Positions 38,780 to 49,316 of a DNA stretch of 64,000 bases are shown piece by piece. Position 1 is the stretch's first letter. Every line of letters begins with the position of its first letter. The position numbers were made by a program, and so were the translations under genes. A model generated the notes under the pieces. It was not told where the DNA came from. It searched no databases and was given only the letters and a program-made list of their open reading frames with translations. Origin of the DNA: an uncultured delta proteobacterium (GTDB taxonomy: Bacteria; Desulfobacterota; Desulfomonilia; UBA1062); contig CAWCTR010000004.1 of NCBI GenBank assembly GCA_963798485.1, positions 352,001 to 416,000 on the forward strand, written 5' to 3'.

Positions 38780-41713
38780 TCAGATATCCCTGATGGCTTC
38801 TCCGACCTTCAGGGCAAAATCGTTCATACTGAAAGGCTTCTGGATAAAGTGCACCCCGTGCTCCAGCACACCGTGATGGACAATGACGTTTGCCGTATAT
38901 CCGGACATGAAGAGGATCTTCATATCAGGCAGCATAGCCTTAATGCTGTCCCTTAACTCCCTGCCGCTCATCCCCGGCATCACCACATCGGTTATTACGA
39001 GGTCGATGGGGGTATCCCTCTTTTCGCATAAGGCAAGGGCCTCCAGAGGGTTCCCTGTAGATAAGACCGTATACCCTAATGTTTCAAGCATATCTATTGT
39101 CATCTTGCGCACCATATCGTCGTCTTCCACCAAAAGAATCATTCCGGAACCGGAGGCCACCTGGGTTTCATTGTCCTGTTCAAGAATCTCCACTCCTTCC
39201 ATGCTTCGGGCGAGATAGATCTTGAACATGGTCCCTTGACCGGGTTCACTGTAGACATTAATGAAACCATTGTTCTGCTTGACGATCCCGTACACCATGG
39301 CAAGCCCAAGCCCCGTTCCCTTGCCGGTCTCTTTCGTGGTGAAGAAGGGCTCAAAGATATATTTTAGGGTTTCCCTATCCATTCCCGCACCATCGTCGCT
39401 TATCCCCAACAGGACATAGTAGCCGGGGGTGAACCCGAGATGATCCCGGCAATAGGCCTGATTCAGATGGATATTCGCCGTTTCTATGGTCAGCTTGCCC
39501 CCATTCGGCATGGCATCCCGGGCATTGACGACGAGATTGACAAGGATCTGTTCAATCTGTGAGGGGTCAGCCTTGATCTTCCAGAGATCTTCTCCGGGAT
39601 AAAAACGCAGGTCGATATCCTCGCCGATAAGGCGGGCAAACGTATTTTGATCACTCGTGATCAGGTCATTCAAATCCATAAGCCTTGGCTCAATGATCTG
39701 TTTTCTGGAGAATGCCAGGAGCTGGGCAGTGATGTCCCTGGATCTGCTGGCTGCCCTTTCGATCTGCACGATATCCTGTAACAGGGGGTCTTCTGCGGAA
39801 AGACGATTTTTAATCAATTCAGCATATCCGAGAATGACGCCCAGCATATTGTTAAAATCGTGAGCCACACCGCCTGCCAGGCGACCGATGGACTCCATCT
39901 TCTGAGCCTGAAGCAGTTGTCCCTCCAGCTTGGCCCTCTCCTCCTGGGCCCTCTTGCGCTCAGTGATGTCCCTGGCTACCCCCAGGACCTCAGTGGCATG
40001 GCCGGTTTCATCCCGGTTAAAGGTGGCCGTAACCTCTACCCAGACAGTGCCTCCGTCTTTGTGGAATACCTCCAACTCGAACGTTATTGACCTGTCCCTC
40101 TCGATAGGTTCCATGCTGCTTTCCCTGGCCAACTCCTCCGACAAAACCTGCTCCACCAGGGCATATGATGCGGGTGTCAGTTGCTCCTTGAGGGACATGT
40201 TCCGTATTTCTTCAGCGGTATAACCGGTGATCCGTGCGATGGACGGGCTCATATAGGTGTAGTACATCCCGAGATCCATGGTATAGATGGCATCGCGCAT
40301 ATTCTCTGCGATCATCCGGTAGCGTCTCTCGCTCTCCTCGATGGCCTTCTCCGCATTGATCCTCTCCGTGACATCTCTCCCTACGCCCCAGAACCCGATA
40401 GGCTCCCCGGATAAAGAGCGCAGAAGCGAGATGGACATCTCAATTATTCTCTTAGTCCCATCCTTTCTGATAATCTCATGATCGACGACATACAGTGGTT
40501 TGCCTGTGCGATAAATCTCGTTAAAAAGCCGGTACACCCTCTTTGCTGCCTCAGGAGAGGTATAGGCCCTGTAGTTCATACCCATGAGTTCTTGGCGTGA
40601 ATACCCATGATCTTCACACAAGGCCTCGTTGAAAAAGGTGTAGTTGCCCCTCAGATCCAGTTCAAAGTATGACTCCACCATGTTCTCTAATATAGTGCGG
40701 TGCTTCTCCTCGCTCTCACGCAATGCCTGTTCCGCCTGCTTGCGCTCGGTAATGTCGCGAACCACCCCCCTGAAGCCCGCCGGATTGCCCCACGCATCAC
40801 GCAGCAAGATCACCGAGGATTCCACGGCGATCTTCTCTCCATACTTGTTGATAACCTCCCAGTCGAATCCCTTGATGGTCTCGCCGCTATTGAATACATG
40901 CCGGAAAACCTCAAAGACCTTTTCCCCATTCTCTTTGTCCACAAACTGCCGGAAGCTCATGCCCATGACCTCTTCATTGGTATAACCGAGCCTCTTGACC
41001 GCTGTGGTATTGAAGAACGTCATTTTCCCAGTGAGGTCTACCTCGAAATATGCCTCCTCCATACTATCCAGGATGTTTCTATAGCGTTCCTCCCTCTTGC
41101 TGAGGTCGACCTCTGCCTTTCTGTGCTCGGTTACATCCCTGGCCAAGGCCCGGAACCCCACCGGGTTTCCCGAGGGACCGCGTAAGAGGGCGGCACTCAA
41201 CTCATGAATTCGTACTGACCCGTCCTTTTTGATCACCTCATAATCAATCATGCGTTCAGATATCCCGGTTTCGTAAATCCTATGGAACACTTCGAACATC
41301 TGTTGCGCCGTTTCAGAAGAGGTGTACCGGCGGTAATGCATCCCGATCATTTCATCATGATCATATCCCATCATCTTGCAGGCAGCCTCGTTTAAAAACA
41401 TTACTTTGCCCTTGAGATCGATCTCGAAATACCCCTCTTCGATACTATCGAGGATCCCTCCGTACCTCTCTTCGCTCAGACGCAGCGCTTCCTCGGCCAG
41501 CTTTCGCTGGGTAATGTGCTGTGTTTGCTCTTGCTCATTGAGTCCGCTTGGAGGCTTTGTGGGATTCAACATCTTGTTGATTGCATCAGCGAGTAAGTCG
41601 ATCTCATCATTCTTTCCTGAGACATCAAGCTTTATCGAATAATCGCCTGCCACAGCCTTCATGACTACATCAATCATCGTATTGATACGGTCCTTTTTTG
41701 ATTTTCCAGCCAT
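38780..41713 (-). CDS. Cytoplasmic hybrid sensor kinase (4 PAS, HisKA, HATPase, receiver)
   Basis: Repeated PAS/PAC units, [30 protein letters not shown], receiver DVVMP. Confidence 0.95.
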   Translation of the reverse strand: MAGKSKKDRINTMIDVVMKAVAGDYSIKLDVSGKNDEIDLLADAINKMLNPTKPPSGLNEQEQTQHITQRKLAEEALRLSEERYGGILDSIEEGYFEIDLKGKVMFLNEAACKMMGYDHDEMIGMHYRRYTSSETAQQMFEVFHRIYETGISERMIDYEVIKKDGSVRIHELSAALLRGPSGNPVGFRALARDVTEHRKAEVDLSKREERYRNILDSMEEAYFEVDLTGKMTFFNTTAVKRLGYTNEEVMGMSFRQFVDKENGEKVFEVFRHVFNSGETIKGFDWEVINKYGEKIAVESSVILLRDAWGNPAGFRGVVRDITERKQAEQALRESEEKHRTILENMVESYFELDLRGNYTFFNEALCEDHGYSRQELMGMNYRAYTSPEAAKRVYRLFNEIYRTGKPLYVVDHEIIRKDGTKRIIEMSISLLRSLSGEPIGFWGVGRDVTERINAEKAIEESERRYRMIAENMRDAIYTMDLGMYYTYMSPSIARITGYTAEEIRNMSLKEQLTPASYALVEQVLSEELARESSMEPIERDRSITFELEVFHKDGGTVWVEVTATFNRDETGHATEVLGVARDITERKRAQEERAKLEGQLLQAQKMESIGRLAGGVAHDFNNMLGVILGYAELIKNRLSAEDPLLQDIVQIERAASRSRDITAQLLAFSRKQIIEPRLMDLNDLITSDQNTFARLIGEDIDLRFYPGEDLWKIKADPSQIEQILVNLVVNARDAMPNGGKLTIETANIHLNQAYCRDHLGFTPGYYVLLGISDDGAGMDRETLKYIFEPFFTTKETGKGTGLGLAMVYGIVKQNNGFINVYSEPGQGTMFKIYLARSMEGVEILEQDNETQVASGSGMILLVEDDDMVRKMTIDMLETLGYTVLSTGNPLEALALCEKRDTPIDLVITDVVMPGMSGRELRDSIKAMLPDMKILFMSGYTANVIVHHGVLEHGVHFIQKPFSMNDFALKVGEAIRDI

Positions 41714-41820
41714 AGGTATTGCCCCCGATTACCCTATAGGAATTATTCTGTACACTATATACACACAAAGATGAATAACACCTTCATTTCTTGCGATGCG
41801 CTCCGATATCCGGTTTAACG

Positions 41821-41851
41821 AAAAAGGGCGAGCCATGAAAGCCCGCCCTTT
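41821..41851 (-). terminator. Intrinsic terminator of the putative ncRNA
   Basis: Minus strand AAAGGGCGGGC-TTTCATG-GCTCGCCCTTTTT. Confidence 0.8.
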
Positions 41852-41921
41852 GCGAATGCGTAAAGTATTGGTCGGCTGGCTGGGGTGTAAAGGTCATTCA
41901 GTCAAACAGGGTCATGAGATT

Positions 41922-42011
41922 TTGCCCTGCGCGGCCCTACCACGCCTTGCACTATCGTGCCTCACCACGCCACGACTTGTCTTGCCCAGCCTTAACGCGT
42001 CGGACCAAACC
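41922..42011 (-). repeat. Degenerate pentamer array, 18 x (GGY-NN)
   Basis: GGTTT GGTCC GACGC GTTAA GGCTG GGCAA GACAA GTCGT GGCGT GGTGA GGCAC GATAG TGCAA GGCGT GGTAG GGCCG CGCAG GGCAA. Confidence 0.85.
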
Positions 42012-42037
42012 ACGGTCTTTACGCATCCGTATGTTGA

Positions 42038-42065
42038 ATAGTAATTCCGACAAGGGCATTGTCAA
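42038..42065 (-). promoter_or_regulatory. Sigma70-type promoter TTGACA-N16-TACTAT for the ncRNA
   Basis: Perfect -35 and near-consensus -10, read directly. Confidence 0.7.
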
Positions 42066-42181
42066 TAGACAAAACAAATATTTTTTCCTTAGTGTTCTTG
42101 GTAAGATAAGGACTGAAACCTCGAATAAGAATATTCAGGGTCTGGACTTCTCCCTTATGATTCTGTTAAAATGGCATCATA

Positions 42182-43684
42182 ATGATGGCGAGCGTGCAAT
42201 CAGCCACCCTGTGGGGGACTGATGCGCTTGGTGTTGTAGTTGAAGCTGACATACAGGGAGGTCTGCCGAGCATATCCATCGTAGGTCTGCCCGACAGCGC
42301 GGTCAAGGAGAGCAGAGAACGGGTCAGATCGGCCATTCTCAATTCAGGCCTCGACTTTCCACCCAGGCGCATCACCGTTAACCTTGCCCCTGCGGATGTG
42401 AGAAAGGAAGGAGGTACCTTCGACCTCCCCGTATCCGTGGCCATCCTGGCTGCTTTGGGCCTGGTACCAAGGGAAATTCTGGGCACCTATCTCATTATGG
42501 GTGAGCTTGGTCTTGACGGCAGCGTCAGGTCCGTGCGCGGTGTGATCTCGGCTGCTTTTCTCACCAGGCGCATGGGGCTCAAAGGCATCATCTGCCCGGC
42601 CGCCAACGCCCACGAGGCACAACTTGCAGAGGTTGAAGTCCTGCCCGTGAAAAGCCTCAAAGAGGCCTTTGCAATCCTGAGGGGTTCCGAGATCGCCCCG
42701 TGGAAGGCACCACAGACAGAAATCAAGCCACAAGACTCTGTGCGACTCGATCTTTCAGAGATAAGGGGACAGGCCCTTGCCAAACGCGCCCTGGAGATTG
42801 CCGCTGCAGGCGGTCATAACCTCCTCATGGTCGGTCCTCCAGGCGCAGGCAAGTCCATGCTGGCAAAGCGCTTGCCGACCATCCTGCCGCCTCTGACCAA
42901 AGAGGAGATCCTGGAGTGTACCTCCATCTATTCTGCTGCGGGCAAGCTCAGGAGAAACACCATCGTAAGCATCCGACCCTTCAGGGCGCCTCACCATACC
43001 ATTTCGGATGCAGGGCTCATCGGCGGAGGAACCATACCGACTCCAGGCGAGGTGAGCCTTGCACATAACGGTGTCCTCTTCCTTGACGAGCTGCTTGAGT
43101 TCAGACGAAGCGCCTTGGAGTCAATGCGTCAACCTTTGGAGGACGGACACGTAACCGTCTCAAGGGCGAACTTCTCATTCACCTTTAGAACGAGTTTCCA
43201 GCTCGTGACCGCCTTGAACCCCTGCCCGTGCGGATATCTTGGACACCCGGCACGGGAATGCAGGTGCCCGCCGCTCTTGGTAACAAAATACCGCTCACGC
43301 CTTTCCGGGCCTCTCATAGACCGCATCGACCTCCATGTCTGGGTGGATCCTGTGGACGCAGAGAACGTGCTGGCCCCCAAGGACAAGCCCTCGTCCGGAC
43401 TCGTGCGCGAGCGGGTTATGGCGGCGCGTTCTACCCAGATGAACAGAGGGTGCCTGAATGCAAAGACACCTGATAACCGTCTCGAAGAGAACTGCAAAAT
43501 CGACCAAACATCAAAAGGGCTCCTCATCGCCGCCATGAAGAGATATAACCTGAGTATGAGGGGATTCACCCGGGTCATCAAGGTGGCCCGGACCATCGCC
43601 GACCTTCAGGGGTGCCCTGACATCCGGGGTGAGCACATTGCAGAGGCGCTTCAGTTCAGGCCTGAATTGGGACGGGGCACGTAG
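42182..43684 (+). CDS. comM: YifB/ComM Mg-chelatase-like AAA+ ATPase
   Basis: VGLPDSAVKESRERV, NLAPAD, GPPGAGKS, RPFRAPHH, PGEVSLAHNGVLFLDE, NPCPCG. Confidence 0.95.
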   Translation: MMASVQSATLWGTDALGVVVEADIQGGLPSISIVGLPDSAVKESRERVRSAILNSGLDFPPRRITVNLAPADVRKEGGTFDLPVSVAILAALGLVPREILGTYLIMGELGLDGSVRSVRGVISAAFLTRRMGLKGIICPAANAHEAQLAEVEVLPVKSLKEAFAILRGSEIAPWKAPQTEIKPQDSVRLDLSEIRGQALAKRALEIAAAGGHNLLMVGPPGAGKSMLAKRLPTILPPLTKEEILECTSIYSAAGKLRRNTIVSIRPFRAPHHTISDAGLIGGGTIPTPGEVSLAHNGVLFLDELLEFRRSALESMRQPLEDGHVTVSRANFSFTFRTSFQLVTALNPCPCGYLGHPARECRCPPLLVTKYRSRLSGPLIDRIDLHVWVDPVDAENVLAPKDKPSSGLVRERVMAARSTQMNRGCLNAKTPDNRLEENCKIDQTSKGLLIAAMKRYNLSMRGFTRVIKVARTIADLQGCPDIRGEHIAEALQFRPELGRGT

Positions 43685-43774
43685 GGGACACCGAAGGGAC
43701 TTTTCGCAATCTTCTCACCCCGAAGAATCTCAGGAAAGGCGGCGAGTATCCTAAAAGGAGTTGTTGCCGGCGCT

Positions 43775-44716
43775 CTACAGGAACAGTTCGCTCACCGACG
43801 AGCATGTATAGGTACGCTTAATGGCCTCGGCCAGCAAAGGAGCCACGCTCAGCACCGTAATCTTGCCGCATGCTATAGCGTCGTCTTTCAACAAGATGGT
43901 GTCGGTGACGATGAGGTCTTCTATGGCGGAATTGCTGATACGGCTGATGGCCGGGCCTGAAAGTACGGCATGCGAGCAACATGCCACGACCTTCCTGGCC
44001 CCGGCATCCATGAGGGCTGTCGCGCCATTGGTCAACGTACCTGCGGTGTCCACGATGTCGTCCACAATGAGGCATATCTTGCCGGTTACATCACCGATGA
44101 TGTGCATCACATTGGATTCGTTGGCCCGCTCTCGTCTTTTATCAATAATGGCAAGCTCGCCCTTGAGCGGTTTGGCATAGGCCCTGGCCCTCTCCACACC
44201 CCCGGCATCAGGCGCCACGATACACAGGTCATTAGGATACTTGTCACGGATATGGCCCAGCATAACGGGTTTGGCATAGAGATTATCAACCGGGATATCG
44301 AAAAAACCCTGGATCTGGCCTGCATGGAGATCCAAGGTAAGCACCCTGTCTGCACCCGAAACGGTCAGCAGGTTGGCAACAAGCTTTGCCGTAATAGGGG
44401 CCCTGGGCGATGCCTTTCGGTCCTGCCTGGCATATCCGAAGTAAGGGATGACGGCCGTGACCCGCTTGGCGGATGCACGCTTGGTGGCATCAAGCATCAC
44501 CAGGAGCTCCATGAGATGCTCGTTCGTGGGTGAGCAGGTGGACTGAACGATAAAGATGTCCTTTCCGCGGATACTCTCATGGATATCCACCGAGGTCTCT
44601 CCATCGGAAAATCGTTTTACATCTCCGCGGCCGAGCTCAAGGCCAAGGATGCTACAGATGCTTTCGGTCAATGGCCGGTTGGAGTTCCCTGTCAGGACAC
44701 AGATGCTTGAGTTCAT
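43775..44716 (-). CDS. prs: Ribose-phosphate pyrophosphokinase
   Basis: RFSDGE, PYFGYARQDRK, DLHAGQIQGFF, PDAGG, DDIVDTAGT. Confidence 0.98.
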   Translation of the reverse strand: MNSSICVLTGNSNRPLTESICSILGLELGRGDVKRFSDGETSVDIHESIRGKDIFIVQSTCSPTNEHLMELLVMLDATKRASAKRVTAVIPYFGYARQDRKASPRAPITAKLVANLLTVSGADRVLTLDLHAGQIQGFFDIPVDNLYAKPVMLGHIRDKYPNDLCIVAPDAGGVERARAYAKPLKGELAIIDKRRERANESNVMHIIGDVTGKICLIVDDIVDTAGTLTNGATALMDAGARKVVACCSHAVLSGPAISRISNSAIEDLIVTDTILLKDDAIACGKITVLSVAPLLAEAIKRTYTCSSVSELFL

Positions 44717-44802
44717 ATTTCATTTCCCTCCTGGAGTATCACGGCACCGAAGGATATTCTTGTGCAAGCGACTTCACCAAGGCGGTCTCACATTACAGAA
44801 TA

Positions 44803-44876
44803 TGGCTGGGACGGGAGGATTCGAACCTCCATAACGAGATCCAAAATCTCGTGTCCTGCCATTAGACGACATCCCA
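44803..44876 (-). tRNA. tRNA-Gln (anticodon TTG)
   Basis: TGGGATG acceptor, anticodon arm CGAGA-TTTTGGA-TCTCG, GGTTCGAATCC T-arm, encoded CCA; canonical ispE-tRNA-prs context. Confidence 0.96.
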
Positions 44877-44913
44877 GTACACAAAGCCATCCGGTTACCG
44901 GGACGGGACTATA

Positions 44914-45186
44914 TTAGAATTGTACTTCGTTGGCAATCTTTACTTTGTAGGACTCGAGTATGGACTTTTCAATCTTGTCCCTCGTTTCCATATTCAGGGG
45001 ATGCGCAGTGTCCCTAAAGGAGCCGTCTTTACGCTTCCTGGAAGGCATGGCTACGAATAAGCCCATTGTCCCGCTGATAACCCTCAAATCGCGGATGACA
45101 AAACAATCATCAAAGACAATTGAGGCATATGCCTTAAGCTTATCATTATCCTTGACCGGAAATACCTTAACCTCTGTAATCTCCAT
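44914..45186 (-). CDS. spoVG: SpoVG family protein
   Basis: MEITEVKV, KLKAYASI, GLFVAMPSRK, AHP. Confidence 0.95.
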   Translation of the reverse strand: MEITEVKVFPVKDNDKLKAYASIVFDDCFVIRDLRVISGTMGLFVAMPSRKRKDGSFRDTAHPLNMETRDKIEKSILESYKVKIANEVQF

Positions 45187-46030
45187 ATATATCCCCCGTC
45201 AATCTTGTTGTGGGTATATAGTTATACCCCTCATGCCGTGCAAGACGGCTCAATGCACTGCACAGATGAGCTTGTGATTCGTAAACACCAAAAACAGCCG
45301 AACCGCTCCCCGACATGCCGGCTTTCAGCGCCCCCGAACTGATAAGCTCTTCTTTTATTCTCGTAAGCTCGGGATAAATATTACAGGCCACAGGTTCAAG
45401 GTCATTTCTGACCCAAACCTCAGGCACAATACAGTGGTACCTAGTCTTCTCTATTTTAATTCTATCCTCGTCACGAGTCAATGGCAAGATGAATTTTGAA
45501 AAAATGGCGGCAGTAGCTATGCGCAATGGAGGTATAATAATAAGATATGCACGGTCCGTAAGCTCTACCTCTGATATGGGGACATCACCGCGCGAGCCCA
45601 TGAGCATGGGTTTTTGATAGAGGAAAAAGGGACAATCAGCGCCCAAGCTGCCTGCAAGACCTGCGAGTTCCTCTCTACCAAGCCCTGCTCCAAAGAGCCC
45701 GTTCATGCCAAGCAATACGCTTGACGCATCGCTGCTGCCTCCGCCCAAACCGGCACCAACAGGGATTCGCTTAACGACCCTTATCGTAACACCCTTTGCT
45801 ATGCCGGTTTTGTCAAAGAAGAGCCGTGCAGCACGGTATGCGAGATTGTCCTCATCAGGGCAATCGCACCCCGGCGCATCAAGGGTGATCCCTAAAGGGG
45901 CAGCCTCAATAAAGATCTCATCTCCAAATTCAAGCGGCACCATGATGGTACGCAGTTCATGGTAACCGTCCAGCCTCTTCCCGACCACCTCAAGGTAGAT
46001 GTTTATCTTGGCCGGCGCTAAGATCTTCAC
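45167..46030 (-). CDS. ispE: 4-diphosphocytidyl-2-C-methyl-D-erythritol kinase
   Basis: APAKIN, DGYHEL, IPVGAGLGGGSSDA, NDLE, MSGSGS. Confidence 0.97.
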   Translation of the reverse strand: MKILAPAKINIYLEVVGKRLDGYHELRTIMVPLEFGDEIFIEAAPLGITLDAPGCDCPDEDNLAYRAARLFFDKTGIAKGVTIRVVKRIPVGAGLGGGSSDASSVLLGMNGLFGAGLGREELAGLAGSLGADCPFFLYQKPMLMGSRGDVPISEVELTDRAYLIIIPPLRIATAAIFSKFILPLTRDEDRIKIEKTRYHCIVPEVWVRNDLEPVACNIYPELTRIKEELISSGALKAGMSGSGSAVFGVYESQAHLCSALSRLARHEGYNYIPTTRLTGDIYGDYRG

Positions 46031-47526
46031 GGAACGTCTACAGCCACATAGAGGGGTTTCGAACCCCTTACCACCAGCAGCAGCACGGTCCGGCCCTTCT
46101 TCTTGGCAGAGATGGCCGCAAGGTATTCCTCTGTGGAGTTCACCGCCTTACGATCAACCTCCCTGATAATGTCCATCTTCTGGATCTGGCCTTTCACAGC
46201 GATGCCCTTGGGGTCGATGTCGATCACGATCACACCACCGGGCTCCTGGATGTTTAATTCCCTCTGCGCCTCGGGTGTGATGTCCATAACCGTGAGTCCG
46301 AGCCTGTCCTTAAGCCCCTGGTCTTTATGCACAGGACCTTTGTCGAGCTTGGCCACATGCTCATCGACCCTCTTCTGCAGTCTTGTGGCAAGATCGATGG
46401 AACGGCCATCTCTCCAGACCGTAATTGCGATCTTTGCATCGGGTTTCAGGCTGCCGACCATCCTTGTGAGCGAGCGGGAATCGGTAACCTCCTGCGCGTT
46501 GATCTTGAGGATGATGTCACCGGCCTTTATCCCTGCCTTGTCAGCCGGGTCCCCGGCATAAACCGTTGTGACCATTGCGCCCTTGGCCTCTTTCAGTCCT
46601 ACGGCGCGTGCTATTTCAGGCGTAACTTCCTGGATTGCCACACCAAGCCACCCTCGCGCCACTTCTCCTTTATCCTTGAGCTCAGAGAGGATCTCCTTGG
46701 CCATGTTGATGGGTGTTGCAAATCCGATGCCCTGCCCGGATGCCACAATGGCAGTATTAATACCAATAACCTGCCCCTGCATGTTCAGCAGCGGACCGCC
46801 CGAGTTGCCTGGGTTGATGGCTGCGTCGGTCTGAATGAAATTGTCATAGGGACTGGCGCCGATGACCCGCGACTTGGCTGATACAATCCCCTGGGTGAGC
46901 GTATGGCCGAATCCGAAGGGATTGCCGATGGCGATGACCCATTCCCCTATCTCCAGGGCATCCGAGTCGCCAAGCACCGCCACCGGGAAGTCCTTGTCTT
47001 TCTGAGGCTCGATCTTGATGAGCGCGATATCGGTCTTATCATCAGTCCCAATCACCTTGGCCTTAAATTCTTCTTTGTTTGCCAGCGAGACAAAGATCTC
47101 GTCTGCTCCTGCGACCACATGATTATTGGTCAGCACGTATCCGTCTGCAGAGATAATGAAGCCGGATCCAAGGCTTCGCTGCTGGAGATCCTGCTCCGGC
47201 ATGTTGTTGAAGAACTTCTTGAAAAATTCATTGAACCATTCATCATAGCCTGGCGGCGGCTCAAACTTGCGATAGATGTCCTTATTCGCCAGATTCTTGG
47301 TGGTTCGTATGTTCACGACCGAGGGGGTGACCTCCTTGGCAAGTGCGGAAAAACCCGGCAAAGGGACCTTCATCGGGGTCGGTGCAGAGGCTTCTTTCCA
47401 GAAGGTTTTGGCCTCGCTCACTGAACCAACCCTCAGGGTGGAGGCAATAAACATCCCAACGAACGCCGAACATACCGCCACCATGAGCAGTATACCGTAG
47501 AATCCGAATTTTTTCTTGATTGTCAT
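46027..47526 (-). CDS. DegP/DegQ (HtrA) serine endoprotease, two PDZ domains
   Basis: GSGFII, TNNHVV, DIAL, QTDAAINPGNSGGPL. Confidence 0.95.
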   Translation of the reverse strand: MTIKKKFGFYGILLMVAVCSAFVGMFIASTLRVGSVSEAKTFWKEASAPTPMKVPLPGFSALAKEVTPSVVNIRTTKNLANKDIYRKFEPPPGYDEWFNEFFKKFFNNMPEQDLQQRSLGSGFIISADGYVLTNNHVVAGADEIFVSLANKEEFKAKVIGTDDKTDIALIKIEPQKDKDFPVAVLGDSDALEIGEWVIAIGNPFGFGHTLTQGIVSAKSRVIGASPYDNFIQTDAAINPGNSGGPLLNMQGQVIGINTAIVASGQGIGFATPINMAKEILSELKDKGEVARGWLGVAIQEVTPEIARAVGLKEAKGAMVTTVYAGDPADKAGIKAGDIILKINAQEVTDSRSLTRMVGSLKPDAKIAITVWRDGRSIDLATRLQKRVDEHVAKLDKGPVHKDQGLKDRLGLTVMDITPEAQRELNIQEPGGVIVIDIDPKGIAVKGQIQKMDIIREVDRKAVNSTEEYLAAISAKKKGRTVLLLVVRGSKPLYVAVDVP

Positions 47527-47918
47527 TTCTCATCCTTCAATGCGCTGATATAGCTCATCCGCAATTCGTAGAGTATTTGTTCTACCAGGCGTTCCTCATC
47601 TGCTGAGAGGTTCCCCCTGGTCTTTTCCTGCAAGAGGTGAATGATGTCGATGTTCTGATGGGCAAAAACGAAATTTTTCCGGACCGTGCCGGTTTCAGGG
47701 TCAGGCACTCTCCCCATGCTGACCAGGGCGGAACTGGCAAGGCTCATGATCAATGTTGTAAAATCAATGGCCTGGGCAGGCCCTATTGGGTCTTCCTCTT
47801 CCGGGGGTTGAGGATTAAACTCTTTGGTTTCTTTACCCTCTTGGGGTTCTTCCTTGTCGAGTCCTCTTTTATCCGTAAAGGTGTAACCTTTTATTCCCTC
47901 TTTCTTCTCTTCATCCAT
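47523..47918 (-). CDS. DUF1844 domain protein
   Basis: IDFTTLIMSLASSALVSMG..ID..LQEKTRGNL..E..LYELRMSY. Confidence 0.85.
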   Translation of the reverse strand: MDEEKKEGIKGYTFTDKRGLDKEEPQEGKETKEFNPQPPEEEDPIGPAQAIDFTTLIMSLASSALVSMGRVPDPETGTVRKNFVFAHQNIDIIHLLQEKTRGNLSADEERLVEQILYELRMSYISALKDEK

Positions 47919-47983
47919 AGATTCACCCCCCCTATTAAAAACTACCCCGCCCTCTCTTAGAAAAGAACCTTATAAACCCATCT

Positions 47984-49120
47984 TCATGACCTGATACCGA
48001 GGATGGGAAACACATTGGACTTGATATAGGCTATCTTATTGTCCACATAGCTGTCCACTGACTTTTTAAGCGCATCCGAAATTCTGTACGGCTGGTCTTT
48101 GAGCTCGTCGATGCCCTGCCCCGGTCCGTATACCCCGCTTCCTATACTGCCTGCAAAATGATCCACCGGATGTATCCCGTTTAATATGGCCCAGGCAAGC
48201 GTCCAGCCCCTTACAACATCCGGCACACTGTAGCCCCCGCCGCCCAGCGCAAGTACCTTGGGACAGCTCTTGCGGATCTCCTCCATGACCGCGCAGAAAC
48301 CGTTATTGGTAAGACGAAGGTTCGTAAGCGGGTCTTTCTTGAGGGTATCAAGCCCTATCTGTGCCACTACGCACTCTGGTTCAAAGGCCTTGACAAGGGG
48401 GGGGTAGATCTCCTTGAAGGCCCTGATATATGTCTCGTCATCCGTGTATTCCGGAAGCGGCAGATTGACCGTGAAGCCAAGGCCCTGGCCCTGGCCCATC
48501 TCGTTCTCGAAGCCGGTGCCCGGATATATGCTCTCGCCATTCTGATGCAATGATATGAACAGGACCTGGTCCGAGTCGTAAAATGCGTCCTGAACCCCAT
48601 TACCGTGGTGGGCGTCGATGTCTATGTAGAGGACCCTCTTGAAACCCCTTGTCAAAAGGCGCTTGATGGCTATCACGATGTCGTTCACATAGCAGAACCC
48701 CTCGGCGTGCCCCATTCCGCCATGGTGAAGCCCCCCAACAGAGCTGAACGTAGTGTCGGCCTCGCCTGATGCAATGAATTCGGCAGAGGCTACGGTGGCG
48801 CCAAGCACAAGGAGAGAGAAGTCGAAGACCCCTTTGAAGATGGGGTTGTCACTCGTACCCAGCCCATATTGGAGCATGGTAAAATCAAAGTTGCCGCCAT
48901 TACACCCCTTGAGCGCATCGATGTATTCTAATGAGTGGTACTCGGCCATGACTTCGGTGGTAGCCGGTTTGGGCTCGTACACCTTTATCCATGGATGGTC
49001 AAAGAGGCCATAGCGATAGCAGAGCTCATAGACCATGGTGGCCTTGTAGGGCTTGAAGGGATGGTCGTTACCCAGGCTGTAGGCATCGAATGCAGATGTG
49101 TATACAAAAACAGATTTCAT
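47984..49120 (-). CDS. AcuC / histone-deacetylase family protein
   Basis: HPFKP, GGLHH, GFCYVND, DIDAHHGNG, SLH, GGGGY. Confidence 0.92.
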   Translation of the reverse strand: MKSVFVYTSAFDAYSLGNDHPFKPYKATMVYELCYRYGLFDHPWIKVYEPKPATTEVMAEYHSLEYIDALKGCNGGNFDFTMLQYGLGTSDNPIFKGVFDFSLLVLGATVASAEFIASGEADTTFSSVGGLHHGGMGHAEGFCYVNDIVIAIKRLLTRGFKRVLYIDIDAHHGNGVQDAFYDSDQVLFISLHQNGESIYPGTGFENEMGQGQGLGFTVNLPLPEYTDDETYIRAFKEIYPPLVKAFEPECVVAQIGLDTLKKDPLTNLRLTNNGFCAVMEEIRKSCPKVLALGGGGYSVPDVVRGWTLAWAILNGIHPVDHFAGSIGSGVYGPGQGIDELKDQPYRISDALKKSVDSYVDNKIAYIKSNVFPILGIRS

Positions 49121-49316
49121 CCGGGCGACTCCTTTTTGCAACAACCGGTCTATCCCGAAAAGGGGGATACTTGATTAGCTTAGCAGAAGTTCAAGGGTCG
49201 AGGAAGTCTTAAAAACCGTATTTCCCTCATCAAAAAGCTGATACTTTGAAAACCATGGATCACTTCTATGCATGTATGATACAGCCCTGAATACACGAAA
49301 AAGGAGGGCATTGAAG

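Larger units (their letters stand above)
41821..42031 (-). ncRNA. Putative structured ncRNA containing an 18-unit GGY-NN pentamer tract
   Basis: Upstream sigma70 promoter, 13-bp closing stem, nested stems, period-5 tract 41922-42011, intrinsic terminator; G-U wobbles favour the minus strand. Confidence 0.7.

Noticed and set aside
41821-42031. 6S RNA or CRISPR array as the identity of the ncRNA
   Set aside because: The length fits 6S, but the interior is a period-5 tract rather than a long rod with a central bubble, and the usual 6S neighbours are absent; there are no 25-45-bp repeats with spacers. 6S is not fully excluded without an Rfam search.
41796-42222. ORFs 41796-42041 and 41914-42222
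   Set aside because: Their Pro/Arg/Leu/Ala-rich translations are by-products of the pentamer tract; no SD, and antisense to the promoter-terminator unit.
43681-43745. CACCGAAGG...GAATCTCAGG resembling a glycine riboswitch core
   Set aside because: No upstream GGAGA element or convincing stems, and it lies between two convergent 3' ends with no downstream plus-strand gene.
44914-45186. spoVG as evidence of sporulation
   Set aside because: SpoVG is a nucleic-acid-binding protein commonly found at this locus in non-sporulating deltaproteobacteria.
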